Origin: Dehalococcoidia bacterium
GTDB lineage: Bacteria > Chloroflexota > Dehalococcoidia > Lucifugimonadales > VXLM01
Length of the DNA: 64,000 bases
NCBI GenBank assembly: GCA_963662435.1
Contig: OY759598.1
Coordinates: 3,256,507 to 3,320,506 of the forward strand
Direction of reading: 5' to 3'
The notes under the pieces are model-generated. The model had not been told where the DNA came from. It saw nothing but the letters and a program-made list of their open reading frames with translations, and made no database searches. Below are positions 61,899-64,000 of the stretch, piece after piece (the first letter of the stretch is position 1; each line of letters begins with the position of its first letter). The translations under genes were made by a program, and so were the position numbers.

Positions 61899-62987
61899 CT
61901 AGGCGGCTACATCAGCTACTTGTGGGACTCTAGCCCTGTGCATAGTGCCGTCCGGTTCTACCAGCATCACCGGGCGGCCGGTGTGCTCCAGGAGCACACT
62001 CAGTCTGTACCCACGCAACCGGTCGATCAGGGTCGGGTTGGTCATAGATGCCGGTAGGAGAATCATGCTGATGTTCTCGCGCTCGACCCATTCGGCCAAG
62101 TGCCGGAAGCCGTGGGTTGTTGGAAGAATGACCCTGGCTCCCACTCCTCGGGATCGGAGGGTCTCGAGCTGCCGGGCCAGCGACGCCCGCCCGAAAAGGA
62201 ACATCTCTCTTTCCCCCAACACTCGAATCCACTTGCGGCGGTTCTCCTCGGGATAGGGGCTAACGAGATAGGATGCGGCGGACAGCTCGAACAACACCAC
62301 CTCGCCGCCGCCTTCCTCCGCCAGATCGGCAGCTCGAGACCGTAGGACGGCATACTCAGGGGAATCGTCAAAACTGGTAATCGCCATGATCCGCCCGGCG
62401 TGCGGCGGTTCGGAAGCAGAGGCGATCCCGGCGCGGACCGACTGCAGATACGCGATGACGGCATGAACGATTCTCCGGTCATCGGTCACGAATCCTTTGA
62501 ATTCCTTGCCCGGCGCCGACAGCCTACCGGTTCCGAAAACGGATCTTGGGGAGACCTCCCATCCTATGAAGGCAATGGGCGAGGGTGACGAGGATACGAG
62601 AAACCATTGATTCTCAAGGGCATGGTTGTTTTCGCCCAAGGGCGTCCATGTGTCTTTCAGGTCGGTAAGCGTCTCCGGCAAGGAGCCTGCGCCGTAGGTA
62701 GCCAGCCGTACGCCGGCCTGTTGGAGCTCACGATAGCGACGCGATTCTCCTTGGAGCTTGTCAACGTTCTGAAAACCCACATACAGATCCGCAACCGTCG
62801 GACTGCCCAGCACTTCGGTTTCGATTTCCCGACTGAACTCCAGCATCTCCTTTGGAGAGTTCAGGAATCGAAACCCTTCGATGGGAGGCCCTGCTCCCCG
62901 AAGCTCCTGTTCCATCCGAATGATTAGACCCTCGACACCGGTCGCGTCGCGGTTCGCCAGATCATCGGCAGTGATTGACCACTCCAT
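61899..62987 (-). CDS. DICT-like sensory domain fused to a universal stress protein-like domain
   Basis: LYVGFQ........RY..L...GV....YG...L..QWFLV (DICT-like); RIMAITSFD.S......A..LA.....VVL...L.H..RPVMLV (USP-like); AGGAGG RBS. Confidence 0.7.
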   Translation of the reverse strand: MEWSITADDLANRDATGVEGLIIRMEQELRGAGPPIEGFRFLNSPKEMLEFSREIETEVLGSPTVADLYVGFQNVDKLQGESRRYRELQQAGVRLATYGAGSLPETLTDLKDTWTPLGENNHALENQWFLVSSSPSPIAFIGWEVSPRSVFGTGRLSAPGKEFKGFVTDDRRIVHAVIAYLQSVRAGIASASEPPHAGRIMAITSFDDSPEYAVLRSRAADLAEEGGGEVVLFELSAASYLVSPYPEENRRKWIRVLGEREMFLFGRASLARQLETLRSRGVGARVILPTTHGFRHLAEWVERENISMILLPASMTNPTLIDRLRGYRLSVLLEHTGRPVMLVEPDGTMHRARVPQVADVAA

Positions 62988-63804
62988 ACTTGGCCCTCCT
63001 TATCCTCCACCAATGAGGTGGAGTTTCTCTTGCTGTTCGCAGATTAGCTACCCCCGGCACATGAATCTCTCACTATGTACAACGATGGGCGCCGGAAATG
63101 AGTCAGTGGGCATAGGGGTCGGCGATCCCATTTGATTCGATGATCAATGGGGATTGCAATGGAGTCGATTGGCAGAGAGGGTTGGAACAGCCCAGGGGCA
63201 GTCCATGGAGTCGCGGCGCCGTACTGGGCACTTGTCTACCGCAGCCGGTGGAAGACTCTTGTCTAAGGAGTCGGACAGGCTACACAGAAGAGACCCTCGC
63301 GAATCTCGCGCCCGCCGGGTAGGTCGTTTGTCCCGTCCATCTAGGAACAGCCAGGGCCGAGTTTCCGGCTGCTCAACGCGACCCTCTGTTAGCCCTGGCT
63401 CCCGCTATCGATGCTGCGCTACATGAAGTGAGCACCGTCTGCGACGTCTTGCATGACGGATTCGAGTTCAGGGCTCCCGGTGATGCGGAAGCCGCCATCG
63501 CTCAGTCTCGAGACCCAAGAGTCCGGTTCTGTAGTGCCATTTCCAGATGGTCTTTGCCTATTGCTCACAGAACACCCTCACCCCCGAATCGAGTGCGGGG
63601 CAGGCTCTAGCCCTCTCCCGCGACGGGAGAGGGCTAGGCGCCTCTCTATTCGATTGTCCTATTCAAGTGGGACCGGCACTGGGCCTGTGAACTCTTTTCG
63701 TTGCCGAGTCCGGGACGCCCGACCTTGACATATTTCTGCGACATTTCGCCATTATCGTAGTGGCATCACAGATTCCTCAAGAAGGAACCGAAGGAGGCAG
63801 AAAG

Positions 63805-64000
63805 ATGATGTGGAGCAAATTGACAACAGTGGCGAAGAGGTTCTTGATCGGGGTGGTGTTCGCGGCAATTCTCTCCGGGTTGATACTCGCAGGCTGCACC
63901 TTCAACAACGGATCGGAGGGCGGCAGGGATTCCAACGGCGCCACGACGAGCCAGGAAATCTCCGAGCGGGGAGGCGGCGAGTCCGGGGGCGAGCATGGCG
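63805..64000 (+). CDS. Lipoprotein, 3'-truncated by window edge
   Basis: AAGGAGG RBS; MMWSKLTTVAKRFLIGVVFAAILSGLILAGC lipobox, then Gly/Glu-rich sequence. Confidence 0.7.
   Translation, partial: MMWSKLTTVAKRFLIGVVFAAILSGLILAGCTFNNGSEGGRDSNGATTSQEISERGGGESGGEHG

Noticed and set aside
63000..63700. Gene or ncRNA in the 700-bp gap
   Set aside because: Only short ORFs with no recognisable motif; possibly decayed coding DNA, but I cannot support a call

Overview
A 64-kb, GC-rich bacterial chromosomal segment. Gene content suggests Chloroflexota, probably Dehalococcoidia/SAR202-like and possibly host- or sponge-associated; this is an inference from the TPR/NHL proteins, Ala-rich family-5 solute-binding lipoprotein, creatininase, dioxygenases and a GroEL lacking the GGM tail. 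Housekeeping genes (ileS, asd-dapA, pcrA, groES-groEL with a CIRCE, dnaE, ogt, moxR-DUF58-transglutaminase) alternate with catabolic enzymes and long, repeat-rich intergenic regions. Mobile DNA with sequence-verifiable ends: (1) a 3.3-kb IS1380-derived unit carrying a lipoprotein serine protease (5782-9081, TCAAA target duplication); (2) an IS1182-family element (32641-34364), an IS4-family element (54896-56327) and a 782-bp non-autonomous TIR element (29572-30353), all three inserted in the loops of REP-like hairpins; (3) two adjacent TAA-flanked MITEs. The most unusual signal is a solitary small-terminase-like HTH gene (56943-57872, one in-frame stop) with a paralog remnant at about 32.2 kb. 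Both are followed by 10-bp-phased boxes, a motif class that also occurs at 9.15 kb and in a structured tandem array upstream of groESL. Several enzymes have altered catalytic motifs: IleRS GVHH/EMHKS, a C26 peptidase lacking Cys/His, and a transglutaminase with Cys->Ser. No rRNA, tRNA, CRISPR array or prophage was recognised.
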